Positions 9,216-21,200 of a stretch of 64,000 bases of DNA are shown piece after piece (the first letter of the stretch is position 1; the number at the start of each line of letters is the position of its first letter). The stretch is from Candidatus Oxydemutatoraceae bacterium (GTDB lineage Bacteria > Pseudomonadota > Gammaproteobacteria > Poriferisulfidales > Oxydemutatoraceae): the NCBI GenBank assembly GCA_965219575.1, contig OZ244779.1, positions 1,772,769-1,836,768 on the forward strand. The letters run 5' to 3'. Both the position numbers and the translations under genes were made by a program. The notes under the pieces were generated by a model. The model saw only the letters and a list, made by a program, of their open reading frames with translations, made no database searches and was not told where the DNA came from.

Positions 9216-11608
9216 CACAAACTCCTTCGCACTTCCGCCCGTTGAAAAACTTCTATTTGATCACTCAATTTAACATCGTTGTAGTCTTTGACGGCAATGC
9301 CGCACTCGGTTCCCGCCTTAACTTCGTTGACATCGTCCTTGAAGCGGCGCAACGACTCTAGCTCTCCTTCGTAAATAACGATATTGTCCCGTAATACACG
9401 AATCGGATTGCCGCGTCGTACCGTGCCTTCTATCACCTGACAGCCTGCGACTACTCCGAGCTTGGACGAGCGGAAGACATCCTTGACTTGAGCGATGCCT
9501 ACAATTTCCTCTTTGATAACGGGTTCCAGCAAACCGCCCATCATCTCCTTAACGCTGTCTATCAACTCGTAGATAATGCCGTAATAATTCATCGCTATAC
9601 CTTGCATCTCGGCTGCTCGGCGCGCCTGTGCATCGGCCCGCACATTGAATCCTATCACCATCGCCTTCGAAGCTGCCGCCAGGTTGACATCGGAAACATT
9701 AATACCGCCGACACCGGTAGATAATATATTGACTTTTACTTCATCGCCCGGAATTTTAGAGAGAGCATCTTGTATGGCTTCGGCGGTGCCGCGGGTATCC
9801 GCTTTGAGCAATATATTGACCGATTGTACGGCTTGTTTCGCGTCTTTGATAAAGCTATCGAGGTGCACGACCGGTGTGCGAGCCAAATGTTTGTTGCGTT
9901 CCTTTTGACGACGTAAATCGACGACTTCTCTTGCTTGACGTTCGCTCTCTACGACGATGAACTCGTCGCCCGCCGACGGCGCACCGGAAAGTCCCAATAC
10001 CCCGGCCGGTATCGAGGGGCTGGCTTCGGAAAGCATGGTGCCGCGCTCGTCCAATATTGCGCGCACTCGACCGAATTCCATACCCGCCAATAGAATATCG
10101 CCCTTCTTTAGCACACCGCGCTTAACTAAAACCGTTGTGATAACGCCGCGTCCTTTATCCAATGTCGCTTCTATCACCGCACCTTGCGCATTCCCCGAGC
10201 GCGGTGCCTTGAGTTCCATAACCTCGGCTTGCAGTGAGATTGCGTCTAGTAGTTCGTCTATACCTTGACCGCTTTTAGACGAAACCTCGACAAAGATGTT
10301 GTCCCCGCCCCAGGCCTCGGATACGATATTGTATTTGGCAAGTTCGCTTTTTATTTTCTCGGTGTCCACACCTTCTTTGTCTATTTTGGTAAACGCGACA
10401 ATGACCGGTATCTTAGCCTCTCGGGCATGTTCTATCGCTTCTACGGTTTGCGGCATTACACCGTCGTCGGCAGCGACTACCAAGACGGCAACATCGGTCA
10501 CTTCGACACCGCGGGCGCGCATCGCCGTAAACGCAGCATGGCCGGGCGTATCCAGAAAAGTGATTACTCCCTTATCGGTTTTCACATGATACGCACCTAT
10601 ATGCTGTGTGATACCGCCCGTTTCGTTGCTATGCACTTTGGTGCTGCGTATATAGTCCAGCAACGATGTTTTACCGTGATCCACATGCCCCATCACGACA
10701 ACGACAGGAGGGCGAGAAAACTTTTCCAAGTTTTCGTCGTCCAATTTATTAACCAATCCCGTCTCTGCATCCTCGCGCTTCTCGGCAACTGCGCGATGCC
10801 CTAATTCTTCTACTATCAATATTGCGGTATCTTGATCGAGCGACTGGTTGATAGTCGTCATAATGCCCATATCCATCATTTTTTTGACAAGTTCACCACT
10901 CTTGATCGCCAAACCTTGCGCCAAATCGGGTACCGATATATGTTCGGGAATTATCATTTCGCGTTTTACTTTTTGAGTGGGTTTTTCAAACCCGTGTTTC
11001 TGCGACGGTGTTACTTTAACGGCTTGTCTACCGTGTCTTTTGATCGTTCGTTTGCCGCTTTTATCGCTTGCGATGCTCAGTCGTTTACGCGGCTTGTCCG
11101 GTTGTGCGGTCGCTTGACCGGTAGGTTTGGTTTGCTCGGCTTCGGTAGTTGAAGGTGCTTTAGGTTCTTTCGTGGGTTTGGCTTTTGCTTGCTTATTCGA
11201 TTTACTCTCGGGCTTCGGTTTTTCGTCGGCTTGGGGTATTTGCGGAATCGTCATTTGTGGCGATTTTTTTCTGACCGTTTTTCCGGTATCTTTCTTTGCG
11301 GTCGGTGGCGTTTTAGTTTTTTTAACGGGCGACGGTGCCTTAGGTTTTTCATAAGTAGTTTTTTGACGAACCTCTATCTTGACCGTTTTAGCCGATTGAC
11401 CGCGCATGACTTGAACTTGCGAAGTACTACTTCGGCGAGGACCGGATGGCTTGCCTTTGCCCAAACGCTTTATTACTTGTAGCTTTTCGTCGTTAGAAAG
11501 CGTGTCGTCCTTTTTTTTGCCGACTATACCGGCGGTCTCGAGAATCTTGAGTATCTCGCTCGGTGATTTGTTTAGGTTCTGCGATAATTTCTCGACGGTT
11601 TCCGACAT
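9215..11608 (-). CDS. infB: Translation initiation factor IF-2
   Basis: [43 protein letters not shown]. Confidence 0.99.
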   Translation of the reverse strand: MSETVEKLSQNLNKSPSEILKILETAGIVGKKKDDTLSNDEKLQVIKRLGKGKPSGPRRSSTSQVQVMRGQSAKTVKIEVRQKTTYEKPKAPSPVKKTKTPPTAKKDTGKTVRKKSPQMTIPQIPQADEKPKPESKSNKQAKAKPTKEPKAPSTTEAEQTKPTGQATAQPDKPRKRLSIASDKSGKRTIKRHGRQAVKVTPSQKHGFEKPTQKVKREMIIPEHISVPDLAQGLAIKSGELVKKMMDMGIMTTINQSLDQDTAILIVEELGHRAVAEKREDAETGLVNKLDDENLEKFSRPPVVVVMGHVDHGKTSLLDYIRSTKVHSNETGGITQHIGAYHVKTDKGVITFLDTPGHAAFTAMRARGVEVTDVAVLVVAADDGVMPQTVEAIEHAREAKIPVIVAFTKIDKEGVDTEKIKSELAKYNIVSEAWGGDNIFVEVSSKSGQGIDELLDAISLQAEVMELKAPRSGNAQGAVIEATLDKGRGVITTVLVKRGVLKKGDILLAGMEFGRVRAILDERGTMLSEASPSIPAGVLGLSGAPSAGDEFIVVESERQAREVVDLRRQKERNKHLARTPVVHLDSFIKDAKQAVQSVNILLKADTRGTAEAIQDALSKIPGDEVKVNILSTGVGGINVSDVNLAAASKAMVIGFNVRADAQARRAAEMQGIAMNYYGIIYELIDSVKEMMGGLLEPVIKEEIVGIAQVKDVFRSSKLGVVAGCQVIEGTVRRGNPIRVLRDNIVIYEGELESLRRFKDDVNEVKAGTECGIAVKDYNDVKLSDQIEVFQRAEVRRSL

Positions 11609-11611
11609 TTT

Positions 11612-13105
11612 TTAGCTACCCTCGACATTCTGAAACCAAGGTGTCCTTGCTTCCATAATAAGTTCCGCCGCTTTATCCGCATCGATACCCTCTATTTCCA
11701 GCAAATCGTCTACCGCTTGTTCCGCCAACTCTTCACGGTTGGTGATATTGTGCTCTCTCAGTTTTAGAAGTAGAGGCTGATCTACACTGCTAAGATGGCT
11801 CAACTCGTTGTCGGGAACCTCGTCTTCATCGGACAAAACCATCGCCAACAAGACATCGCTGGCGCGACTTTTTAGATCCTCTACGAGCTGTTCGTCGAAC
11901 TCTTTTATGGCAAGCAGTTTTTCGGTTTCGGCATACGCAATCGCTTCCATACTGTCAAAACCTTCGTCGACTAAAATTTCCGCAACTTCTTTGTCGACAT
12001 CGAGTTTCTCGTTGAATAATTGAACCACGTTTTGTATTTCATATTCGCTTTTATCTTCCGCCTGTTCGGTGCTGATAACATTCAGTTTCCAGCCCAGTAG
12101 CTGGCTTGCCAAACGCACATTCTGCCCACCGCGTCCGATGACTTGAGAGAGTTTCTCTTCCTCTACTACGATATCTATCTGCTGTAATTCCTCTTCCACT
12201 ACGATAGAAGTAATTGCGGCGGGTGCCATCACATTGACTACATATTTACCGAAATCCTCGTCCCAACAAATGATGTCGACGCGTTCTCCCGCCAATTCAT
12301 TCGATACCGCTTGCACGCGCGCGCCGCGCATTCCGACACAAGCACCAACCGGATCCAGACGCGAATCTCTGGAGTGTACCGCGATTTTAGCGCGCAGACC
12401 GGGGTCGCGCGATGCGCCTATAATCTCTATCAACCCCTGCCCTACTTCGGGCACTTCGAGTTCAAACAGTCTGATCAGAAATTCCGGTGCGGTGCGAGAC
12501 ATAATCAGTTGCGGACCGCGCATTTCTTCACGCACTTCTTTTAAGTAAGCGCGTACGCGTTGACCGGGGCGTATGGTATCTCTGGGAATTAGATCGCTAC
12601 GCGGTATAAATCCTTCGCCGTTGCTTCCCAAATCCAAATAGAGACCGGTATAATCTTCTCGTTTAGCATTTCCCATAATCAAAGTGCCGACTTTATCTTT
12701 GTACAAAGACACGACGCGTGCCCGCTCGGCTTCGCGCAGTTTTTGAACTATAACTTGCTTGGCGGTGTGCGCGGAGATGCGACCGAAAGGCGCATTTTCA
12801 ATCTGCTTCTCCAGATAATCGCCGGGGTTCAAGGACTCGTCGTCTTGTCTTGCCGAACTCAAGAGTATTTGATGATCCGAAGAAGCAAAATTCTCATCGT
12901 CATCGTCGATAACATGCCATCGCCTGTAGGTATTGTATTCTCCGGTTTTGCGGTCTATCTCCACGCAAATATCTACATTATTATCCCATTTTCTACGGGC
13001 AGCCACGGCGAGTGCCGACTCCAGAGCTTCAAAAACGTCCTCCGCTGCTACATTTTTTTCGTTTTGTACGGCTTCTACGACGCGCAAAATTTCATTACTT
13101 TCCAT
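11612..13105 (-). CDS. nusA: Transcription termination/antitermination factor NusA
   Basis: FGRISA..AKQVI, DPVGACVGMRG, IGRGGQNVRLASQL; likely start MESNEILR at 13105 after GGAG. Confidence 0.98.
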   Translation of the reverse strand: MESNEILRVVEAVQNEKNVAAEDVFEALESALAVAARRKWDNNVDICVEIDRKTGEYNTYRRWHVIDDDDENFASSDHQILLSSARQDDESLNPGDYLEKQIENAPFGRISAHTAKQVIVQKLREAERARVVSLYKDKVGTLIMGNAKREDYTGLYLDLGSNGEGFIPRSDLIPRDTIRPGQRVRAYLKEVREEMRGPQLIMSRTAPEFLIRLFELEVPEVGQGLIEIIGASRDPGLRAKIAVHSRDSRLDPVGACVGMRGARVQAVSNELAGERVDIICWDEDFGKYVVNVMAPAAITSIVVEEELQQIDIVVEEEKLSQVIGRGGQNVRLASQLLGWKLNVISTEQAEDKSEYEIQNVVQLFNEKLDVDKEVAEILVDEGFDSMEAIAYAETEKLLAIKEFDEQLVEDLKSRASDVLLAMVLSDEDEVPDNELSHLSSVDQPLLLKLREHNITNREELAEQAVDDLLEIEGIDADKAAELIMEARTPWFQNVEGS

Positions 13106-13583
13106 CGCCTCTCCTCCTTTCCGAATAATCCCACTCTTCGCAAAGCAAGCGACCTTGCCTGATCGCACCATAAGGAATATCAACCGACTCTTGCTCTACT
13201 TTCAAAGTAATAGAGTTCGCTCTCACCGCTTCCAGACGACCGGTAAAATTTTTCCTATTATTAAAAGGTTCATAGCTTTTCACTTTTATCATAGCTCCTA
13301 TGTATAGTTCATAATGTTCGTTACTCAATAAAGGCCGTTCTATTCCCGGCGACGAAACCTCTAAGGTATACGCCTGCCTCATTAGATCTTCTACATCCAA
13401 TACGCCGCTTATCTGATCACTGACTGCGGAACAATCGTCGAGCGTGATACCGTCGGGATGATCTATGTAGATTCTTAGTAAGGAACGCCGTCCGTAGCCG
13501 TTGAGCTGTAGACCCCAGTAAATATAACCCATGCGCTCAATCTCGGGCTTTATAATAGATGATAAATCTTCCACGCGCCTCAT
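13095..13583 (-). CDS. rimP: Ribosome maturation factor RimP
   Basis: LRIYID..GITLDDC, YTLEVSSPGIERPL; first gene of the nusA operon. Confidence 0.96.
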   Translation of the reverse strand: MRRVEDLSSIIKPEIERMGYIYWGLQLNGYGRRSLLRIYIDHPDGITLDDCSAVSDQISGVLDVEDLMRQAYTLEVSSPGIERPLLSNEHYELYIGAMIKVKSYEPFNNRKNFTGRLEAVRANSITLKVEQESVDIPYGAIRQGRLLCEEWDYSERRRGDGK

Positions 13584-13634
13584 AACTATTCCACCTCGTT
13601 ATACGATGTTTAAGTAAACCAACCGACACATAAT

Positions 13635-13658
13635 AAAAAAGCTCCCTGAAGGAGCCTT
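13635..13658 (-). promoter_or_regulatory. rimP leader-like hairpin with U-tract (attenuator/terminator)
   Basis: Minus strand AAGGCTCC-TTCAG-GGAGCTTTTTT about 50 nt upstream of rimP, where the known rimP leader hairpin lies in Gammaproteobacteria. Confidence 0.6.
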
Positions 13659-13784
13659 CCGATAAGTTAGCCGATGTTAAATAACACGCCTATGATATTA
13701 AAAATCGGGACAAAACACAAGGGCATGTCCATTTCTCTCCTGTGGAGGGGTGGCAGGCGTAGCCTGACGGGGTGGTCGCTGCGT

Positions 13785-14153
13785 GGGACTGTTGAAAAAG
13801 TATTTCATAAATTTATAGGGGCGGACTAAAATTAAATTGCCGATTGACCTACCGGCTCAATCGGCGGCTCTGTTCTGCCCGAAATGTATCATGTCTGCAC
13901 GATTAATGCGTTCACCCATTAATATTATGGAAACCATTATTTGCTGGCGCAAGCGGTTGGTGTCGTGCAGAACGGTACTTAAGGGCAGACACACAGGTCT
14001 GCCCCTACGGCTTGGTGGTTATTATGAATTCACGGCGAAGGCGGTTGAGTTTGTGCAGAAACTCAGCATTGATAATAATCGAAACCTTTGCGGTTAATCA
14101 ACAACCGCCGATTGAGCCGGTAGATAAATCGGCATAACAGCGTTAAATTTTCA
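13785..14153. mobile_element. MITE/REPIN-like repeat, copy C (degenerate right end)
   Basis: GGGACTGTTGAAAAAGT left end, two inverted REP hairpins, nested palindrome 13839-13865, further palindrome 14107-14133; strongly similar to 57977-58272. Confidence 0.8.
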
Positions 14154-14154
14154 A

Positions 14155-16062
14155 CTATAAAGGTGTCTCTAAACGGACATAGGAAGGCTCTCTCAATTCC
14201 GCCTCGGCGGTTGCAACTTGGTGTTCAAAATTGATTTTCAGGTCTCGTAAAAAACTGCGTGCGCCTCTTTGAAATAAAGCGGTGACATCCTTCTCATCCA
14301 TCACTCTGCTCTTTACCATTCCCAGCTGCGTCTCCAATTTGTCCAATAATTGATCTCTCGTCGTAGAGGGTATTAGCTTATCTATCGCCTGCCGTCTTTT
14401 CTCGGGATTATCAATATCTTTAGCGGGCAACATCACTTTGAGTAAATCGTCTAAGGTGAACTCCGAGAGATCATCCCTACTACCTATTGCCTTTCCGGCA
14501 ACTTCGGATGTCTGCAATACCCTATAAAGTTCTCGATGGTTATTCTCGTTCAAGGTGTCGATGTTTAATTGATTCGCTATCGATATAAATTCGGGTCCCC
14601 ACTCGTCCCCTTGTTTTATTCTATCAATCAAAATTGGGTGGATACGGTCGGGTATCTTCCCTTTTAAGCCCGATACTTGCTTATGACCTTTAATCAAAGG
14701 AATGATAATATCTTTGGCATAGCTTCGCATCATGGCTTTGACATCCGCCACTTCCCAATTTCTACTTTCAAATACCGAATCCGGTTTGGGTGCCTGCTTA
14801 GAGAGTACTTTCAAGTCGGCGAGCATCGTCTCTTTATGAACAATTTGATGTATCTTAGACAAAATTTTTCCTTTATCCATTCCCAGAGCCTGACAAGCGG
14901 CAGCGTCCTTATTGTAAATTTCATCCAAAGTCTCTTCCATGTCTTGTTGTACGGCTTCAATCTGAGGCTTGCCTATATAAGGATCTTGTAGTACTAATTT
15001 TTTCAGCAAACTATCCACACCGGTATATTGACTTGGGCGGAGTGCCTCAATTGCTTCTTTTTTACCCGATAACCACCGGCTTAATAACCCGGTCGCTTGT
15101 TCGCGTGCATCGGCAACCGATAACATCCGCGCTTCGTTCTGCTGTGCAAGTTTCGCCTGTAGTTGCTCTTTGACTTCCGGCATCCGCATCGGTTGCTCGT
15201 TGAAGTTATGATCTTCGCCCACCTTTTTGAGCAGACCGTCGAACTCACTCCCCATCTGCTTGATAACCGCTTCGTTGATGCGCGTCTTTAATTCGTCGCT
15301 AGTCGCTATCGTTGTATCGTCGATCTCCGATACTATCGCTTGTTTTACTTCGCCGTCCAAACCGGAGGCATCGAGCCGGGTATTTAATTCGTCGCGTAAT
15401 CCTGCACCAGCCTCGTCGATGCGCCGATCCAATACTTCCGACAATATCTTATCTACATGATTTTGCGCACGCTGTCCTTGCTCGTTCTCGTTCAGACATG
15501 CGATGGTCTCGATTTCGTCGGTGTCTTCTCGGGCTCGAATATTGACTTCATCGCCTAGACTCTCTATATCGACATCGGCAGCCGAAATGCCTCTGTGAGC
15601 TCTAATTTTCTCGGCGATCATGGCATCGGTCCTCTCCTCAAAATTTTCTCCACTTGTCATTGTTTCGATTTTACCGCTGTACCAATCCACCCATCCTTGT
15701 GCGCGGTCGATTTTCGTCGCCATCGCATTCTGTTGTACATCGCTGATAAAACGATGCACTTTTCTCGCCGACAGTGGTTTATTTTTGTAAAAAATACTAC
15801 CTTGAGGATCCAATTCATTTATTCTTGCCTCGAAATCCCTCCCGTACAAGCGGTCGGACAACAGCAAGTCTTTTACTTTACCTTTGGCAAGCAAAACAGC
15901 TTCCTTGTAATCGCGATTAAACTTAAAACGCACCCAAGTCACTATCCTACCTACAAAAGTTGTCCCATCGGTTTTCAGTTCCTGGGTTGTTCGGTTGATA
16001 CCTATATAGCCGTTCGATCGGTCTATCATTTGCATTAAAGATTGTAAGCCCATTCTATCCAT
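14155..16062 (-). CDS. Hypothetical helical protein, paralog of 16159-18027; candidate type III-like effector
   Basis: 635-aa ORF with AGGAG RBS, colinear similarity with its neighbour, N-terminal FVGRIVTW...YG...NKPLSARKV pattern; no Sec signal. Confidence 0.7.
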   Translation of the reverse strand: MDRMGLQSLMQMIDRSNGYIGINRTTQELKTDGTTFVGRIVTWVRFKFNRDYKEAVLLAKGKVKDLLLSDRLYGRDFEARINELDPQGSIFYKNKPLSARKVHRFISDVQQNAMATKIDRAQGWVDWYSGKIETMTSGENFEERTDAMIAEKIRAHRGISAADVDIESLGDEVNIRAREDTDEIETIACLNENEQGQRAQNHVDKILSEVLDRRIDEAGAGLRDELNTRLDASGLDGEVKQAIVSEIDDTTIATSDELKTRINEAVIKQMGSEFDGLLKKVGEDHNFNEQPMRMPEVKEQLQAKLAQQNEARMLSVADAREQATGLLSRWLSGKKEAIEALRPSQYTGVDSLLKKLVLQDPYIGKPQIEAVQQDMEETLDEIYNKDAAACQALGMDKGKILSKIHQIVHKETMLADLKVLSKQAPKPDSVFESRNWEVADVKAMMRSYAKDIIIPLIKGHKQVSGLKGKIPDRIHPILIDRIKQGDEWGPEFISIANQLNIDTLNENNHRELYRVLQTSEVAGKAIGSRDDLSEFTLDDLLKVMLPAKDIDNPEKRRQAIDKLIPSTTRDQLLDKLETQLGMVKSRVMDEKDVTALFQRGARSFLRDLKINFEHQVATAEAELREPSYVRLETPL

Positions 16063-16158
16063 ATCACTCTCCTATTTAAGAAATTGCCGTTGTCTTAAAG
16101 CCTTAATATTCGGCATATCGGAATACAATATCGTAGCATAATTATTGATAACTCGTCA

Positions 16159-18027
16159 TCATTGCTTTGCGGTCATCGCCTCAAAATTGATGTTTTGGGC
16201 GCGTAAAAATCTAACCGCCCCTCTTTGAAACAAAGCATTCGCATCTTCCTCATCCATAACCCTGCTTTGCACCATCAATAATTGACGATCGAGTTCGTTC
16301 AACAATTTGATTTTGATTTCGTCGGGTACCACCCGATCTATTGCCTGACGTCTTTTTTTGTAATTGTCCGCATTTTTAGAACCTAGCATCGATTTAAGTA
16401 AATCCTCCAAACTAAAACTTACAAAGTCTTCCCTGTTGCCTATTCTTTTTCGTGCAACTTGCGGCGAATCCAATAACTCATAAAGCCCTGCGTTGTCCTT
16501 CTTGGTCAGGTTGGCTATGTGCATCCCGTTCGCCGCAGCAATAAACTTGGGTTCCCACACATAGCCTTTGCCCACTTTCTCTAACATGGTTCGGCAAATA
16601 TGATCCGGAATTTTAGTTCTTAAAGACAATACTTTAGCATAGCTTCGGGTCATCGGCTTGCTTACCGATTCAATATACTTTTGAGCCACACCTCTAATAT
16701 CCGCAACCTGTTGAACATCGTTCTCAAACAGAGAGCTCGTCGCTTGCGTTTCTCTAACCGAATTCCGCAAGCGATCGAACAATACACTGTGGCGGTCAAA
16801 TTTATACAGCATGGAAAAAAGTTTAGTTTTAGAAACATTGAGTGCCTCGTAATCGGAACGATTTTTTTCATAGATTTCGTTTAAGGTTTGTTCGATCGTT
16901 TGTCTAAAAGATTGAATATGCTCTTTGCGCGTGCGCGGTTCCTGCAACACAAGTTGGGTCAGTACATCGACTATGCTTGTGTGTTGACTTTCTTGTGCGG
17001 CTTCGAATGCTTGTTGCTTGCTTTCAACCCAACGATTTAACATCTCACCGGCCTTGTTGCGGGCATGCTCTACGGACAACATCCTATGATCGGTTTGTCG
17101 GGTAAGTTCTTCCCTTAATTGCGCCCTCACCTCGGACAGTTGTGCAAGCGGTCCGCTAAAATCTTTTTCTGCTTGTGCTTGTTTAAGTAATTGCGGAAAT
17201 TCCCCGTCTACCTTCAGTACCACCAAGCGATTTACACGTTGATCCAATTCATCCATCGTGGCGATTTTAGAGGCAGCAATCTCGGCATTGACTTCGCTCA
17301 TCTCGGCCCCGAACAAACCGGAAACCGATAATCGCTTGTATAATTTTGTTTGGTTGATGGCGCGTGAATCCGCAATACGCTCGTCTAAAATGCGAGACAT
17401 TGCTTTGTTGACATGCACCGTAGCTTGCGAGCCGTCGGTCACCGACATCATCCCTTCTCGGTCGCTCAGGGCTGCTTGATGGATCTCGTCGCCGACTCCC
17501 TTCAGATCTACATCTGCTGCCTCTATACCGCGTTCATTTTGTAGTTTCTCGGAGAGCATTGCGTGCAGATTGTCTTCAAAAGCCTCGCCGCTCGCTATGG
17601 TGTTTGCTCTGCCGCACACCCAATCGACCAAGCCTCTGCTTAAATCTTCATTCGATTTCCGCCCGAAACTTCGGCGATGCGGTGCCTGATTCCCACCTTG
17701 TGTCACATCGTTTATAAAGTGGCGCACTTTTCTCGCCGACAAAGGCTTGTCGTTGAAAAAAAATCCGTGCCTTCTATCCAAACCTTCTATCTTTTGACGA
17801 AAGTCATCGCCATGAATGCTATCGGACAACATCGATGCCATAACTTGACGCTTGGCATCTACGATTGAACTTCTATAATTTGAACTGGTTTTGAAGCGTA
17901 TCCAGACGACTAACCTACTCAGAAAATTACTGCCGTTAGTCTGCAAATTACCGGTACTGCGATTGAACCTCAGATAACCACTCGATGTGTTGACTATCCT
18001 CGACAGATTATGTAAATCAGTATTCAT
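16159..18027 (-). CDS. Hypothetical helical protein, paralog of 14155-16062; candidate type III-like effector
   Basis: 622-aa ORF with GGAGG RBS; shares KPLSARKV, KRRQAID, VxSRVMDE and ALFQRGA with its neighbour. Confidence 0.7.
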   Translation of the reverse strand: MNTDLHNLSRIVNTSSGYLRFNRSTGNLQTNGSNFLSRLVVWIRFKTSSNYRSSIVDAKRQVMASMLSDSIHGDDFRQKIEGLDRRHGFFFNDKPLSARKVRHFINDVTQGGNQAPHRRSFGRKSNEDLSRGLVDWVCGRANTIASGEAFEDNLHAMLSEKLQNERGIEAADVDLKGVGDEIHQAALSDREGMMSVTDGSQATVHVNKAMSRILDERIADSRAINQTKLYKRLSVSGLFGAEMSEVNAEIAASKIATMDELDQRVNRLVVLKVDGEFPQLLKQAQAEKDFSGPLAQLSEVRAQLREELTRQTDHRMLSVEHARNKAGEMLNRWVESKQQAFEAAQESQHTSIVDVLTQLVLQEPRTRKEHIQSFRQTIEQTLNEIYEKNRSDYEALNVSKTKLFSMLYKFDRHSVLFDRLRNSVRETQATSSLFENDVQQVADIRGVAQKYIESVSKPMTRSYAKVLSLRTKIPDHICRTMLEKVGKGYVWEPKFIAAANGMHIANLTKKDNAGLYELLDSPQVARKRIGNREDFVSFSLEDLLKSMLGSKNADNYKKRRQAIDRVVPDEIKIKLLNELDRQLLMVQSRVMDEEDANALFQRGAVRFLRAQNINFEAMTAKQ

Positions 18028-18144
18028 TTCCCCCCTCCATCGGTCGTTGAAGCCTTTTTAACCGAAGCTATAGTATATCATGGAATCCCGTCAATAAACG
18101 ATGTGTGTACGATGCTAACGTTACCCCATTTTTATTACCATCTA

Positions 18145-18291
18145 CAAGGTTAGTTTTCATGCTACTACTCTCGCAGATATATTAGGGGTTGATACCCTAA
18201 TGCGATAGTTTACTATGCAATGGTTATCGCACCGGCAGGCGAACATAGGTTCTACTGGAGCGGACCCTCTAAAAATACTTTGACGCGTATC
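18145..18291 (-). repeat. 147-bp block (C-terminal tag codons + 3' flank), copy 1
   Basis: Ungapped match to 27761-27907 (offset 9616), 12 mismatches by manual count. Confidence 0.93.
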
Positions 18292-21200
18292 ATCAAAGCC
18301 GGGCGAGTAGTATAAATTCGCCCTGCCGAGTTAACTACTTCGTCATATCCCTGCCTATCCGTATAGGTCCCTATCACGCGAAATATACTACTCTCTTCTA
18401 CTAAAGGAAATGTTTTATCCCCCTCTAACGATACACTAGAACCCGATATTTCATACGGCGTTCCAATAGCTCCGTCAATATCCATCCAATTGCTCTCCGA
18501 GGGACAACGGCCTTCATTTCCTTCGCATACCTGCCATTGATACACTATAGTCCCACTGGTGCCACCGTCCGGATCCTCGGACGCAACCGATGCCGTCCAT
18601 GTCGACAATGTCGTCCCGCTGCTATCATCTACATCTATTTTTAGCGAAGTTCGCAAAATTGCATCGCCGTTATCTCTCTTGTTCGCTATCACCGACACCA
18701 TTCCCGTCGTAGAGGCAGTTCCATCGCTTACCGTCACCTCTAATTCCACCGTCGTTTCAGACGAAACAACATCGGTTATGAAGTAGTCGGGGATACTTAA
18801 TGTTGCCGGATTTCCGGATACATTTATCCCGGTATATTGGCTATTTACAGACCAATTATAAGTCAATCTATCTCCGTTAGCATCACTTGCATTTACTGTG
18901 ATGCGCTGCATAGCACCCTCATCTATCATCTCGGGTGCCAGAATACTTTCAATGACCGGACTTTCATTTGCAACCCTATACGAATTGGATCGGATTGTCG
19001 CCTCTTGTCCTTGGCTATCGGTTGCGGTAAATGTGATTGTCGCTTCTCCGGCTTGACCGGCGGTTAGTGTAAAAGTGATATTCATGTCCGCTGTGATGTC
19101 GGGAATCTCCATCGGCATCACCAATACGACGGATTGGTTTGAGGACATTGCCGCCACAGCGACTGTGTCGTTCATATCAAAGTTTTGATCCTTCACCGAT
19201 ATCACAATATTCGCAGTACTGCCTGCTTCTATCGTCGGCATCGACGAGGAAATAATCTCGAGGGTCGGGGCTTGGTTTGCTTCTACCGTCACCCTAAACA
19301 CTAGGGAAGCTATAGAATTTATTGTATCTCTGCCGTCATCCACCGTCGCAGTAATTGTTGCCTCACCCTCACTTACACCGGTAATCTCAAGTGTTCGGCT
19401 ACCACCGTCGGTCGCAATAATTATTGCAGTTGCAACAGTTCTGTCGTCGGAGTTAATGCTTACAACGAGATCGTCGTCGTCGGTATCGCGTACTACCACA
19501 TTGAGTGTCGTGCCGGCACCTTCCAACAATGTGATCGATAGAGGAAAAGTAGTCATAATCGTCGGCGTAATGTTTCCTCCGCGTGGCCTAGCTCTCTGGT
19601 CAGGCAGTAAGCTACCACAACGAGGCAATGGTGTCTCCGGTTTCGCATCGCAGGCAGGGTTACCGGTATCATCACCTAGTGCATATTTGACTGCCGGGTA
19701 TTGAACGCTGGTGCCGAAATCCCAGTTGTCACGGCTCCAGCTACTATATATCCCTATTGCCATTGTCGGTGATTGCAGTTCCATCGTAGTTTTAGTTGTG
19801 CCACCGGCACTTGTCTGTATCACACTAGTGTCTATATTCCAGTAGCTGTTCATGATGGAACCAAAGTTACCACCGACTAAACCACCTACACTGTCACTCC
19901 CTAAAACAGAACCCGTCGCATAGCTGTTCGTGATGGTGCCTCTGCTACTACTACTACTATTACCACTATTCCAACCGACTAAACCGCCTACACCAAAATC
20001 TCCTGAAACAGAACCCGTCGCATAGCTGTTCGTGATGGTGCCTCTATTCAAACCGACTAAACCACCTACATCATTACCATTTCCTGAAACAGAACTCGTC
20101 GCATAGCTGATCGTGATGATGCCTCTATTCAAACCGACTAAACCACCTACATCATTACCATTTCCTGAAACAAAACCCGTTGCGTAGCTGTTCATGATGG
20201 TGCCTCCATTATCACCAACTAAACTGCCTATATCTTCACCTCCTATAATATCTACATTTAGCAAACCAACATTAGCAATTGCAGCCTTATTTCCTGCATA
20301 ACCGAATAAGCCAACGATCGAGGTGTCGCTACTATTGATGAAGAGATGAGAGATGTTGTAGCCGTTGCCTTCAAACTTACCGCTAAAAGTATTAGCGGCA
20401 GAATCCCCAATCGGCTGCCAACCTGCTCCTGTAGCCCATATAGTCCTATTTTTCGCCAAACTATAGCTGCCAGCATTGTTAAAATCTAAATTTCTTGTCA
20501 ACTCATAGCCTCTGCATGCGTTATTAGGGCAACCTATTGCAATCTTAGGTGCCGTCTCGCTCTCTCTATAGCCCGTCCCATCCGGTTGATAACGCATCGC
20601 ATTCAATCCCTCTAAATTATCAACTTCTATCAAACCGTTATCATCCCTATCAACATCCCCGTTAAACTCATAATAATTAAGGGAGAGAGTATAACGAACG
20701 GTCTGCGTTATTTGACCTCTGCTCTCAACTTCAATTGTGATCGTAGTTATTCCGCCGGTGTTTAGCGAAATCATACCACTCTCATCACCACTATCCATAG
20801 CTATACCTCTAGCTTCTTCATCAGCCGTAATATAAACCTTGGCATCGGGATTTACTGTTGTTGGTCTGAACTGTATCGTGCTGATACTATTAACTACCGT
20901 CCCTCTGTAGCTCGGCACTACCACATTAAAATCAGGCGACAGATTACCTCTTAATAATTGCAATTCCCTCAAACCATATCTCAGTGCAGGCAACAACAAA
21001 CTACCACAGACAGGTAAATCTGTTGTGGTATCACTCACACTACGACATTCTCTACTATCCGTGTTAGGATTATCCGCATATTTGAGAACCGGGTATTGAA
21101 CGCTGGTGCCGAAATCCCAATTATCACTGCTCCAGCTACTATATATACCTGTTGCCATTGTAGGTGATTGCAGTTCCACCGTAGTTTTAGTCGTGCCACC

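Noticed and set aside
13584-14154. tRNA-Met expected upstream of rimP
   Set aside because: No cloverleaf, T-loop or CCA pattern seen; the region is a leader hairpin plus repeats
18145-18254. Integron attC site or stop-codon read-through signal
   Set aside because: No RYYYAAC/GTTRRRY boxes and no integrase; read-through of TAG meets another stop within 13-14 codons in both copies
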